From an uncultured virus (IMG/VR IMGVR_UViG_3300046517_001279) (lineage: Duplodnaviria > Heunggongvirae > Uroviricota > Caudoviricetes), in IMG/VR virus record IMGVR_UViG_3300046517_001279: a DNA stretch of 64,000 nucleotides. One strand, written 5' to 3'. A model generated the notes under the pieces. That model saw nothing but the letters and a program-made list of their open reading frames with translations. It searched no databases and was not told the DNA's origin. Position numbers and translations under genes: made by a program. Of the stretch, positions 25,171 through 34,107 are shown one piece after another (position 1 is the stretch's first letter; every line of letters begins with the position of its first letter).

Positions 25171-26630
25171 TCCACTATCACGGGCTACCCATCACGCCCG
25201 GGACCGCTGCGATCAAGGCCATATTCTGCGGGCACGCGTTCATTTCGTTCCGTCACCCGGAGCAGCTGGGGGTGGCGCTAGAAGTGGTTCAGACTTTCGC
25301 GATCGATAACGGAGCGTTCTCAGCGTGGATGAGCGGGTCACCGATCACCGACTGGAAGCCTTATTACCAGTGGGTCGCGGAGTTACATCGCTACCCGTCT
25401 TTCGACTTTGCGGTAATTCCCGATGTCATTGGGGGAAGTGAAGAAGATAACGACAACCTGATCGAGGAGTGGCCGTGGAAGGATACGGCACCTCATATCG
25501 GAGCACCTGTATGGCACCTTCACGAAAGTCTTGAGCGCCTGCAACGCATGGCTCTGCGCTGGCCTCGCATCTGTATTGGCAGTTCCGGGGAGTTTGCGAC
25601 GGTCGGCACTGAGCAGTGGAACACGCGCATGGCTGAGGCAATGGACGTCATTTGCGATAAGCAGGGACGGCCGGTGTGCAAGATACACGGTCTGCGAATG
25701 CTTAACCCGAAGGTTTTTACTCGGTTCCCGTTTGCAAGCGTGGATAGTACGAATATTGGACGAAACATAGGCATCGACAAGAATTGGAAAGGGACGTACA
25801 CCCCTCCCTCAAAAGAGTCACGTGCGCAGGTCATGCGGGATCGGATCGAGGCGCACCAGGCACCGACTTTTTGGGAGAGGGACAAAACGACTAGCGCTGT
25901 GACTGAGGTTAAGACCGCCCCAGTTGCTCCTAAAAAACGCTCAAAAAAGCCCAAGAAAACAATGGTACGAATCTACATTGCCGATACAGAAACAACGGGG
26001 CTAGACAACGATGCGCGGGTAGTCGAATACGCGCATATCGAATGCACGCTGCAGAACAATCGCCTCGTCGAGCGCAGCCGCTTCGAGACACTCGTGCAGC
26101 CTGGCATCCCGATCCCGGCCGGCGCGACCAAGGTGCACGGCATCACCGACGAAATGGTCAAGACAGCGCCGGCCATCCGCGACATTCTGCCGGCTGCGCT
26201 GAACGTGAAGAAGGGCGAACACATCCAGGTGTTCGGTCACAATTTCCCCAGCTACGACATGAAAATGCTGGACGGTGTCTACCCGAAGGGCATCGACATC
26301 GGCTGCACGCTGAAGGCCGCGCGCGTGTTTATCGAAGCGCCGGGCCACAGCCTCGACAAGTTGCGCGAACACCTGAAGCTGGAGAAGACCGGGCAGGCGC
26401 ACAGCGCGCTGGCCGACTGCCTCGACACGCTGCAGATCATCAATCACATGCTGGCCGATCGCGAGTGGGACGTATTGGAGTCCTGCATGCTCCAGCGCCC
26501 GACGACGATCTCGTTCGGCAAACACAAAGGCAGCAAGCTCGAAGATCTGCCGGATAGCTACGTGCGCTGGCTGCTCGAAGACTGCGACTCAGTTGGTTGG
26601 GAGTTGCGTCAGGTTCTGGAGGCACTGTGA
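25167..26630 (+). CDS. TGT/DpdA-like TIM-barrel domain fused to a DEDDh (ExoX/DnaQ-like) 3'-5' exonuclease
   Basis: TTG start with GGAGG RBS; DNGAFS, IPDVI, PVWH, IHGL, SVDSTN; K-rich linker; then DTETTG, HNFPSYD, HSALAD and FGKHKG...YVRWL. Confidence 0.65.
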   Translation: MIHYHGLPITPGTAAIKAIFCGHAFISFRHPEQLGVALEVVQTFAIDNGAFSAWMSGSPITDWKPYYQWVAELHRYPSFDFAVIPDVIGGSEEDNDNLIEEWPWKDTAPHIGAPVWHLHESLERLQRMALRWPRICIGSSGEFATVGTEQWNTRMAEAMDVICDKQGRPVCKIHGLRMLNPKVFTRFPFASVDSTNIGRNIGIDKNWKGTYTPPSKESRAQVMRDRIEAHQAPTFWERDKTTSAVTEVKTAPVAPKKRSKKPKKTMVRIYIADTETTGLDNDARVVEYAHIECTLQNNRLVERSRFETLVQPGIPIPAGATKVHGITDEMVKTAPAIRDILPAALNVKKGEHIQVFGHNFPSYDMKMLDGVYPKGIDIGCTLKAARVFIEAPGHSLDKLREHLKLEKTGQAHSALADCLDTLQIINHMLADREWDVLESCMLQRPTTISFGKHKGSKLEDLPDSYVRWLLEDCDSVGWELRQVLEAL

Positions 26631-27007
26631 TGAAAGCCTCTGAACTCGACGGCGCGCAGCTCGACTACTGGGTAGCGAAAGCGCTCGACATCCCCTGCAA
26701 GCTGATCCGCCCACGCGACAAAATCAACGGTGTCGTGGCGCGCACGACGTTCTGCGCCACGCTCACAGCCGGCTCGAAAGACTGGTACCAGCCGTTCTTC
26801 CCGTCCTCAGCGTGGGCGATCGGCGGCCCGATCCTGTGCGAGCGCGGCATCGGCACGCGGCAGTGGGTCGGCAACCGCACGACCGCAGCCGAGCCCTGGT
26901 GCGCTGAATTGGCGGCCGCGTGGGCAGTCGGCCGCGACCAACTTGTGGCCGGCATGCGTGCGCTTGTCGTTTTCAAGTTTGGCGAAGACGTTGCTCTCCC
27001 AGCCTGA
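26630..27007 (+). CDS. NinX/DUF2591-like phage protein
   Basis: SELDGAQLDYWVAKA...PSSAWAIGGPIL...AGMRALV..KFG. Confidence 0.7.
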   Translation: MKASELDGAQLDYWVAKALDIPCKLIRPRDKINGVVARTTFCATLTAGSKDWYQPFFPSSAWAIGGPILCERGIGTRQWVGNRTTAAEPWCAELAAAWAVGRDQLVAGMRALVVFKFGEDVALPA

Positions 27008-27057
27008 CACAGACTACGTTCAATTACAAACTCCTTCTGTGCGGTAACCCACCTATC

Positions 27058-27633
27058 ATGATCAAACCTATTTTCATTGGCCTCACAGGCCCGACTGGTG
27101 TCGGTAAGGACACCGTAGCAACAATCCTGAACGAACACTACCTGTTCAAGCGCCTCGCGTTCGGCGACCCGCTCAAGCGCGCAGCGCAGATCGCGTTCAG
27201 CCTGGAGGACCGTTGGCTGCAGGACGACCACAAGACGATCGTTCACCCGTACTGGGGGCGCACCCCGCGCGAGATGTTCCAGCGCACAGGCACCGAGGCA
27301 TTCCGGGGCAACTTCGGCGAGGACTTCTGGGTGCGCCGGCTGAAGTTGGAGTACAACCAGGTGCTCGCTGCGAATCCGCAGCAGTTCATCGTCATCACCG
27401 ACGTGCGCAACGTCGGTGTGCAGACGGAGCCGGCGTGGGTGCGCGAGCAGGGCGGTACTGTCGTGCACATGCAAGGGCCGCAGCGCCGCGAGGACGTGAG
27501 CGCTGCGCACGTGAGCAACGACCCGGTCACGTTCATCGAAGGTGACCGGGTGCTGGTGAACGACGGCGATATGGACACGCTGACGGAGAACGTGCATGTG
27601 CTGATGGCTGAAATTTTGGGCTGGGCGAAGTAA
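27058..27633 (+). CDS. deoxynucleoside monophosphate kinase
   Basis: GLTGPTGVGKDT, AFGDPLK, TPREMFQRTGTE, ITDVR. Confidence 0.9.
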   Translation: MIKPIFIGLTGPTGVGKDTVATILNEHYLFKRLAFGDPLKRAAQIAFSLEDRWLQDDHKTIVHPYWGRTPREMFQRTGTEAFRGNFGEDFWVRRLKLEYNQVLAANPQQFIVITDVRNVGVQTEPAWVREQGGTVVHMQGPQRREDVSAAHVSNDPVTFIEGDRVLVNDGDMDTLTENVHVLMAEILGWAK

Positions 27634-28169
27634 TGGGCGTTGCCTCCCACCGTTTCGACAACGAAAAGCGCCGCCGCCCTGACCACCACGCGCGACAAGC
27701 CATGCTCACGCCAGCCTACGTGCTAGAGCCGATTCGCGAGTTGCTCGGCGGCATCGGGCTCGACCCATGCACCGAGCCAGACAACCCGACGCGAGCGGCG
27801 AAGTTCTACCACCGACCGATGGACGGCTGCGCGCTTCCTTGGGACGTCGCTTCGGTATTCTGCAACCCTCCGTATGGCGAGGCGCGTGGCAGATGGGTAG
27901 AGAAGTGCATCGACGCGAAGCGGGTCGGCAGCCGCGTCGTGTTGTTGATCCCGTCGCATACGGAGACGCAGATATTTCAACGCGCGCTCGGGCACGCCGA
28001 CAGTGTGCTGTTCGTGCAGGCCCGGCTGCGCTTTGGGGTTCTGCGGGAGAACGGTAGGCAGGAGGCTGCGAGCCACGGTTCAGCGATCTTCGGGTTCAGC
28101 GTGGACCTCGCGCCGCTCGCGATGCTCGGCACCGTTGTACGCCCTGAGCACGCGCAGGCCCATCGATAA
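27633..28169 (+). CDS. phage DNA N6-adenine methyltransferase
   Basis: TP...LDPC...DG...W...VFCNPPYG...LLIP...RLRF. Confidence 0.8.
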   Translation: MGVASHRFDNEKRRRPDHHARQAMLTPAYVLEPIRELLGGIGLDPCTEPDNPTRAAKFYHRPMDGCALPWDVASVFCNPPYGEARGRWVEKCIDAKRVGSRVVLLIPSHTETQIFQRALGHADSVLFVQARLRFGVLRENGRQEAASHGSAIFGFSVDLAPLAMLGTVVRPEHAQAHR

Positions 28170-28189
28170 CCGACAGACAACCTTACATC

Positions 28190-31100
28190 ATGCGCATCGC
28201 AAAGCACATAATTTACGACCTGAGCAGCGTGCTCAAGCGCGCTTACTTCGCAGGTATCGATAAGGAATTCGGCTTCCCCGTCACGTTCGAAGAAAAGCAG
28301 GTGCATGTGAACGGATGGGAGTACGGCCGCGAGAATTTCCTGAACAGCGTGCATGCAACGCTGCGGGATCTCAACGCAGCGCCGATGGACGTGATCTTCG
28401 TTCTCGAAGGTAGCCACGGCACCACGATCCGCCGCAATATCCTGCCTCAATACAAGACACGCGCGCCGCGTCCGCAGGAACAACTCGACCAGTACAACAA
28501 GCTGGAACAGTGGGTGCAGACGTTCTTCACGCGCATGGGATCGACGTTCGTGCGTCAGGATGGGTTGGAAGCTGACGATGTTGTCGCGTATCTCGCGCGC
28601 AATTTGAAGGGCGAGCGCGTAGTCGTAATGGACGACGGTGACGCACTTATTCTTGCGCAAGAGCGAGGTGTCACCGTTCGCTACCAGAGCAAGCAAATCA
28701 CGCCGGACGCTGAAAACCCGCTTGGGCCTTTCGCGGTTGAGTTCAATCGCATCTTCAAAGCGATCGTCGGTGATAAGAGCGATACGCTGCCGGGTGCTAA
28801 GGGGGTCGGCGACAGAGGCTTCCTCGACCTGTTCGTGATGTGTGAAGAAGACGGCTTGCGCGCGCTCTCTAAGATCATCGAGGATGGCGATTGGGACCAG
28901 ATCCGCGAGGACGCCAAGCAGGTCAAGGTGCTCCAGAAGATCCTGGACTCGGCGGACACTGTGCGCCGCTGCTGGAAAGCGGCCGGGTTCTTCGACCACC
29001 TCGTCAACGTGCCCGGCAAAAAGCCCGTTTGGCAGCCGGGTATCGTGCTGGAGAAACCAGAAGGCGAAGTGCCCGACGAACGCTGGGATAGATTCTATCA
29101 GCAGCGCCGGATCGTGCACGCCGATAATTTCGCGCAGGTTATGGCTTCAGACATCTGGGCCAAGGTTCGCCAGTCGCGCTGGGTGTCGATCGACCTTGAG
29201 TCCTTCACGCCGCCCGAGAGCGACGAGTGGCTGCGAGCGGTGAACGACCAAAGTGACGACGATGAGCCGAAGGGCATCGATATCCCCGGGCAGATCATCG
29301 CCGGCATGGGCGTGACGTTCGGCTTCAACCAGGAGTTCACGCTCTACTTCACGGTGAACCACGCGACCGACAAGAACATCACGATGGAGCAGCTTTATCT
29401 GTTCCTCGACAAGTTGATCAAGGCCGATCCGGACATCCGTTTCAACGTCCATAATGCGTCGTTCGAACTGGTGGTCTTCTTCAACAATCTGATCAATTAC
29501 ATCGGCGAGAACGAGGCATGGGATTGTGGCTTCCTGCCGCGCATTGACGACACGATCTTTCAGGCCAGCTATGTCGACGAGAACCAGAAGCTCGGCCTGA
29601 AAGCACAGGCGAAGTTGCGTCTGGGCTACGAGCAGGTCACATACGAAGAAGTGACGCAGGGCCGGAAAATGAACGCCCTAACGCCCAAGGAAGTGTTCTC
29701 GTACGGCACAGACGACACAATCGTCACCTCGGCGCTGCGCAATTTTTACCAGATCATCCTCGAACTGGAAAACACGTTCGACCTGTACCGCGACGTCGAG
29801 ATCGACGCTGCGTATCTGGTCGCAGCGGGCATGGTGACCGGCTTCAAGTTCAACCGCGAAACGATGCGCCAACAGGAGCGCGCTGACGACAAGTTGCACG
29901 ACGAAGCGTGGGGCAAAGTGCGCTCGTATCTCGTCGCGCAGAAGTGGGACGGCGTCGAGATGCAGCCGCTCACGCTCGAACCGGCGAGCATGAAGGACAC
30001 GTTCCGGCTCGTGACCGGTCGCGACCTGGAGACGAAGGTCCGCACTCCGTCGAAGATCGTCGACCTGATGCGCGACGAGGACGGCGCCGAAACACTGGCC
30101 GAACTCTACGCGCAGGCCATCGCTGCGAACGGCGATATGCAGCACGTCGAAGCCTACGCGCGCAAGTTCTTCAAGGGCGAGCCCGACCTGAACGTCGATA
30201 GCCCGAAGCAAATGACCCGGCTGCTGTACGAGACGATGGCGCTGCCGATCCGCGTGCGCAACCGACCGACCGCAGCGGACAAGGCCCAGTTCGGCCGTAA
30301 AGCCGAAGGCTCTCCGAAGTCGGACGCACTCGCCATCGCGAGTGCGAAGTTCTACGACGGTGAGACGCATGGCGAGGCTGTGGCGGTGCTCGACGCGCTG
30401 CACACGATGCGCGCTGTCGCCACACGCCGCAAGCTGTTCTACAAGCCGTATCGTTATTTGCAGCACTGGAAAACAGGCCGCATCCACGGCTCTGACGGTC
30501 AGTGCATGACCGCGACGCGCCGTTTCGCGCCGTCGCGCCCCAACAAGGCGCAATGGCCGAAGACCAAGGGTGATTTCCGCCAGAACATCGAGCCGCACCA
30601 CAAGGACGCTGTGGTGGTCGCACTGGACTTCCGGGCGCAGGAGTTGCGCGTTATCGCGGACACGTCGGGCGACCCGGCAATGACGTCGTGCTTCGTGGGC
30701 GAGAATCAGGCCGACATGCATCACCTCACGGGTGTGTCGATCGCGCAGAAGAAGATCGACCCCGCGATGTCGTACGAGGTGTTCGCAGCGGCGATTGACG
30801 ACGTGAGCCACCCTCTGCACAAGCAGATCAAGGCGACGCGCGCCAAGGCGAAGACGACCAACTTCGCGAGCGAGTACGGCGCGCAGGCTCCGAAGATGGC
30901 GCAGACGCTTATGGTGCCCGAGGCCGAGGCGCAGTCGTACCTTGACGCAAAGCACGCGACGTTCTGGATTGCGGAAGAGTGGAAGTCGGAGAAGGTCATC
31001 CCGGCTGCGAAACAGCGCGGCTATGCGCTGACACGTTTGGGCGGCCGGCGCCACCTCGACGAAGCGTTCGCATCGGACGACTGGGGTGTTCGCAGCGGCG

Positions 31101-31456
31101 CTGAGCGGCAGGCTGTGAACTTCGAGATCCAGGGCTCGTGCGCGGAGATGACGAAGAAGGCGATGGGCCGCATCTGGCGCGCGAAACTGCTGGTCCGCTT
31201 CGATGTCGAGTTCATCGCTGTCGTTCATGATGAACTCGTCTTTTCGTGCGGCCGCGAAGACGTTATCGCGTTCACGCAGGAACTGCACGCGCTGATGACG
31301 CAGCGCTATGCCGACATGACGATTCCTATTGAATCGTCGATAGGCCTGGGTCACAATTTCAAGGACTTGATCGAGATCGGCGACCAACCGACGACGGAAG
31401 CGATCAGCGGGGCGCTGCGGAAACTGTTTCCTAAGCACTACGAACTGGCCGCATAA
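28190..31456 (+). CDS. polA: family A DNA polymerase with 5'-3' and 3'-5' exonuclease domains
   Basis: EADDVVA, GDKSDTLPGAKGVG; SIDLES, HNASFE; motif A LDFRAQELR, motif B RAKAKTTNFASEYG, motif C VHDELV. Confidence 0.95.
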   Translation: MRIAKHIIYDLSSVLKRAYFAGIDKEFGFPVTFEEKQVHVNGWEYGRENFLNSVHATLRDLNAAPMDVIFVLEGSHGTTIRRNILPQYKTRAPRPQEQLDQYNKLEQWVQTFFTRMGSTFVRQDGLEADDVVAYLARNLKGERVVVMDDGDALILAQERGVTVRYQSKQITPDAENPLGPFAVEFNRIFKAIVGDKSDTLPGAKGVGDRGFLDLFVMCEEDGLRALSKIIEDGDWDQIREDAKQVKVLQKILDSADTVRRCWKAAGFFDHLVNVPGKKPVWQPGIVLEKPEGEVPDERWDRFYQQRRIVHADNFAQVMASDIWAKVRQSRWVSIDLESFTPPESDEWLRAVNDQSDDDEPKGIDIPGQIIAGMGVTFGFNQEFTLYFTVNHATDKNITMEQLYLFLDKLIKADPDIRFNVHNASFELVVFFNNLINYIGENEAWDCGFLPRIDDTIFQASYVDENQKLGLKAQAKLRLGYEQVTYEEVTQGRKMNALTPKEVFSYGTDDTIVTSALRNFYQIILELENTFDLYRDVEIDAAYLVAAGMVTGFKFNRETMRQQERADDKLHDEAWGKVRSYLVAQKWDGVEMQPLTLEPASMKDTFRLVTGRDLETKVRTPSKIVDLMRDEDGAETLAELYAQAIAANGDMQHVEAYARKFFKGEPDLNVDSPKQMTRLLYETMALPIRVRNRPTAADKAQFGRKAEGSPKSDALAIASAKFYDGETHGEAVAVLDALHTMRAVATRRKLFYKPYRYLQHWKTGRIHGSDGQCMTATRRFAPSRPNKAQWPKTKGDFRQNIEPHHKDAVVVALDFRAQELRVIADTSGDPAMTSCFVGENQADMHHLTGVSIAQKKIDPAMSYEVFAAAIDDVSHPLHKQIKATRAKAKTTNFASEYGAQAPKMAQTLMVPEAEAQSYLDAKHATFWIAEEWKSEKVIPAAKQRGYALTRLGGRRHLDEAFASDDWGVRSGAERQAVNFEIQGSCAEMTKKAMGRIWRAKLLVRFDVEFIAVVHDELVFSCGREDVIAFTQELHALMTQRYADMTIPIESSIGLGHNFKDLIEIGDQPTTEAISGALRKLFPKHYELAA

Positions 31457-31483
31457 TTCACACGGTATCGGGGGACCATAAAA

Positions 31484-31750
31484 ATGCCAGACGTAGCAGA
31501 CGACGCAGCCCAGACAATCGAACTGGAGTTGCAGGCGCGTATCTCAGCGGTGCGCAAACACACGGGGCAGCACTTGGTGCCCAAGGTTAACGAACGCACG
31601 GGAAAGATCGTTTGCCACAACTGCGACTGTGAAATCGCGCCGGGTAAGCTGTTCTGCGACCCTCTGCCTGCCGACCCGAACAAGCCGCGTAAGACGGAAA
31701 TTTCGGAGTGCCAAGAGGATTATGAAAACCGGATGAGGCGATCAGCATAA
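31484..31750 (+). CDS. TraR/DksA-like C4 zinc-finger protein
   Basis: N-terminal DVADDA; CHNC...FC...ECQEDYE. Confidence 0.7.
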   Translation: MPDVADDAAQTIELELQARISAVRKHTGQHLVPKVNERTGKIVCHNCDCEIAPGKLFCDPLPADPNKPRKTEISECQEDYENRMRRSA

Positions 31751-32037
31751 TGGGAATGATCAGCATATGGGACGGCGAGGATCTGCCGCCTCTCGGGTGC
31801 GACGTGCTGATCGAGCACGGTAACCTGGAGCACGCGGTGTGCACCGTTACCGGCTACTCGGTCCGTCCGTCGCTGCACGGCAACAAGTTTGAGCACCGCA
31901 TCGACGTGAACCTGCTCTACAAGGACACGACAACCACGAACCAACGGCTGCTGTGCGATGTGCGTCCACTCCACAAACCTTTCGAGAAACGCGATGAGCG
32001 AGCAAAGCGAGTACCCAAGAAAGCGCCCGCCGCCTGA
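31750..32037 (+). CDS. hypothetical protein
   Basis: TAATG coupling. Confidence 0.55.
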   Translation: MGMISIWDGEDLPPLGCDVLIEHGNLEHAVCTVTGYSVRPSLHGNKFEHRIDVNLLYKDTTTTNQRLLCDVRPLHKPFEKRDERAKRVPKKAPAA

Positions 32038-32251
32038 CACAGGCCCAGAAGCGCCCGTACAGGCCGCCGTGAAGGTCGGGCAGGTGTGGGAGGAGGCAGA
32101 CCCACGCGGCGGCCGCACGGTGACCGTCACGGCCGTTTTGGGGAGTTCCGTGACGGTGCGCAGCGCTGGGGCGAGTCCGCAGATCTACGCGTCGAACCTC
32201 AGCCACTTCGGATCGCTGAACGGGTACCGACTGGTGGAGGACGTCAAATGA
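31994..32251 (+). CDS. hypothetical protein
   Basis: VKVGQVWEEADPR; coupled to the next gene. Confidence 0.5.
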   Translation: MSEQSEYPRKRPPPDTGPEAPVQAAVKVGQVWEEADPRGGRTVTVTAVLGSSVTVRSAGASPQIYASNLSHFGSLNGYRLVEDVK

Positions 32252-32382
32252 AGATGACCATAAAAGCGCTCATTACGTTCCCGGTCTGTCCGCCGTTGGT
32301 GTGCGTAGGACTGCTTGCCTACAGCGCCGAGCAGATCTGCAGCCACGCGCTCGACCGCATCAACGACTGGATCGAAAAATGA
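32248..32382 (+). CDS. small hydrophobic protein
   Basis: GGAGG RBS; ATGA coupling at both ends. Confidence 0.45.
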   Translation: MKMTIKALITFPVCPPLVCVGLLAYSAEQICSHALDRINDWIEK

Positions 32383-32720
32383 GCGACGCAACGATGAAGC
32401 ACGCAGTGTCCGCCGCCTACTGGATTCGAATCTACGTGGCGGGGCCGATAGATGTTGCCAAGCAGATCCTGCGAGAGGAGTGCATGCGGGAGGGCCTGTG
32501 CGTCACTATCGAGCCCACGACGTACATGTACACGGGCGGCGAGGAGGCAGGCTATGTCGTAGGTCTGGTGAACTATCCACGATTCCCCCTTGAACCCGCA
32601 GCGTTAGTGGATAGAGGTAGAGACCTGATGCGCAAACTCATTACAGGGACGTTTCAACACTCGGGAATGCTGATGACGCCGGACACAGCGGAGTGGATAT
32701 CTCAACGGGGCGAAGCATGA
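32379..32720 (+). CDS. hypothetical phage protein
   Basis: GLCVTIEPTTYMYTGGEEAG...NYPRFP; coupled to the PP-loop gene. Confidence 0.65.
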   Translation: MSDATMKHAVSAAYWIRIYVAGPIDVAKQILREECMREGLCVTIEPTTYMYTGGEEAGYVVGLVNYPRFPLEPAALVDRGRDLMRKLITGTFQHSGMLMTPDTAEWISQRGEA

Positions 32721-33532
32721 CGAAGCATGTTGTTTGTTACTCAGGCGGCCACAGTTCGGCTCTTGTCGCGATAGAGGTGGCGCGGAAGTTCCCGGGAGAC
32801 GAGATCGTACTACTGAACCATGATCTCCCGTTCTGGGTGGAGGACCGCGACACCAAAAGGTTCAAACAGGCGGTTGCGGACTACTTAGGGCTGCAGATCA
32901 CATTCGCCAGTCATGAGAACGGGTCGAAGGACCAGTTTGACGTAACCGTCGCCAAGAAGGCGTTCAAGGTGGGCGGCGGCTCCGAACTGTGTACCAGCGT
33001 GCTGAAGACGGAGCCGTTTCAACGGTGGTTGAAAGAAAACGCGGACCAGAGCAACGCGATTTGTTACTACGGCTTAGACGCCAACGAGCCGGCGCGGATT
33101 CAGCGCCGCTCGTCGATCATGGGGCAGATGGGGTGGCGCACGGACTACCCCGTCGCGCTGTGGCCGCAGCGAACGATTTACAGCACGCTGGAGATTGGTA
33201 TCCCGCTGCCTTGCTCGTACGGCGTCTTCAAACACGCCAACTGCGTCGGGTGCCTGAAGGCAGGTCTGCAGCACTGGTACGTCGTATTTTGCACCCGGCA
33301 GGACGTCTGGCTAAAGGCGAAGTGGGCTGAGGATGAAATCGGCTACGCCATTCACAAGGATAAGGACGGGCCGGTTTTCCTGGAAGACTTGGAACCGCGA
33401 TTCCAGGCGATGCAGGACGCAGGCGTAGAACCCACCGAGCAGACGCCGTCAGGGCAGTTCTGGTCGAAGGCCAAGAAGATTGTGGCTATCCATGCCACAA
33501 CCGAAACCAAACCTTGCGAGTGTGCAGCATGA
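32717..33532 (+). CDS. PAPS-reductase-like PP-loop protein with Cys motifs
   Basis: VVCYSGGHSS PP-loop; CTSVLK; HANCVGCLKAG; C-terminal PCEC. Confidence 0.75.
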   Translation: MTKHVVCYSGGHSSALVAIEVARKFPGDEIVLLNHDLPFWVEDRDTKRFKQAVADYLGLQITFASHENGSKDQFDVTVAKKAFKVGGGSELCTSVLKTEPFQRWLKENADQSNAICYYGLDANEPARIQRRSSIMGQMGWRTDYPVALWPQRTIYSTLEIGIPLPCSYGVFKHANCVGCLKAGLQHWYVVFCTRQDVWLKAKWAEDEIGYAIHKDKDGPVFLEDLEPRFQAMQDAGVEPTEQTPSGQFWSKAKKIVAIHATTETKPCECAA

Positions 33533-34017
33533 GCGACGCAACCGCCTTCACCGACTACCGTGACCGCAAGAAACTCTCGCAGCAGGGCAAGTCCGCTGAG
33601 AGCCTCGTGAAGAAGTACTGCGAGCGGGAAGCCGAGCGGCGCGGCATCGCGTTTCACTGGGAGCGCATCCCCGACGCGCGCGCCGCTGGTGGCCGCTTCA
33701 CTCCTGTGGCCGGCGACTTCCGCATGGGCTACGGCGGACGCTACGCAGTGGTCGAGGTCAAGGAAACGACCGCGATTCACAAACTGCCGAAGAAGAACTA
33801 CTCCCGCGACGCGATCGCCCGGCTGTACAAGCACCACTTGTCGGGCGCGGTGACTGCGGTGCTCGTGCGCCACATGCCGCTGGACGTGTGGGTCGTGATG
33901 CCGATCAAGCACATATTCGACGCGGACACACCGAGCTGGAGCACGCTGGAGTTCCCGCATTTCGAGTCGGCCGACATTGCGCTTGACTTCGCGTTGCGCG
34001 CATTGTTAAATAGCTAA
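33529..34017 (+). CDS. PD-(D/E)xK nuclease, Holliday junction resolvase (RecU-like)
   Basis: GKSAE...RIPD...GDF...VEVKET. Confidence 0.7.
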   Translation: MSDATAFTDYRDRKKLSQQGKSAESLVKKYCEREAERRGIAFHWERIPDARAAGGRFTPVAGDFRMGYGGRYAVVEVKETTAIHKLPKKNYSRDAIARLYKHHLSGAVTAVLVRHMPLDVWVVMPIKHIFDADTPSWSTLEFPHFESADIALDFALRALLNS

Positions 34018-34042
34018 ACGTGACGCGAAACGCGTTCCACAG

Positions 34043-34066
34043 AGGGCATCCGAGAGGGTGCCCTTA
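34043..34066 (+). terminator. GNRA-capped hairpin, possible terminator
   Basis: AGGGCATCC-GAGA-GGGTGCCCT-T. Confidence 0.45.
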
Positions 34067-34107
34067 ACAATTTGTGCCGATCAGCGGATCGGACACGGGG
34101 AAATAAA

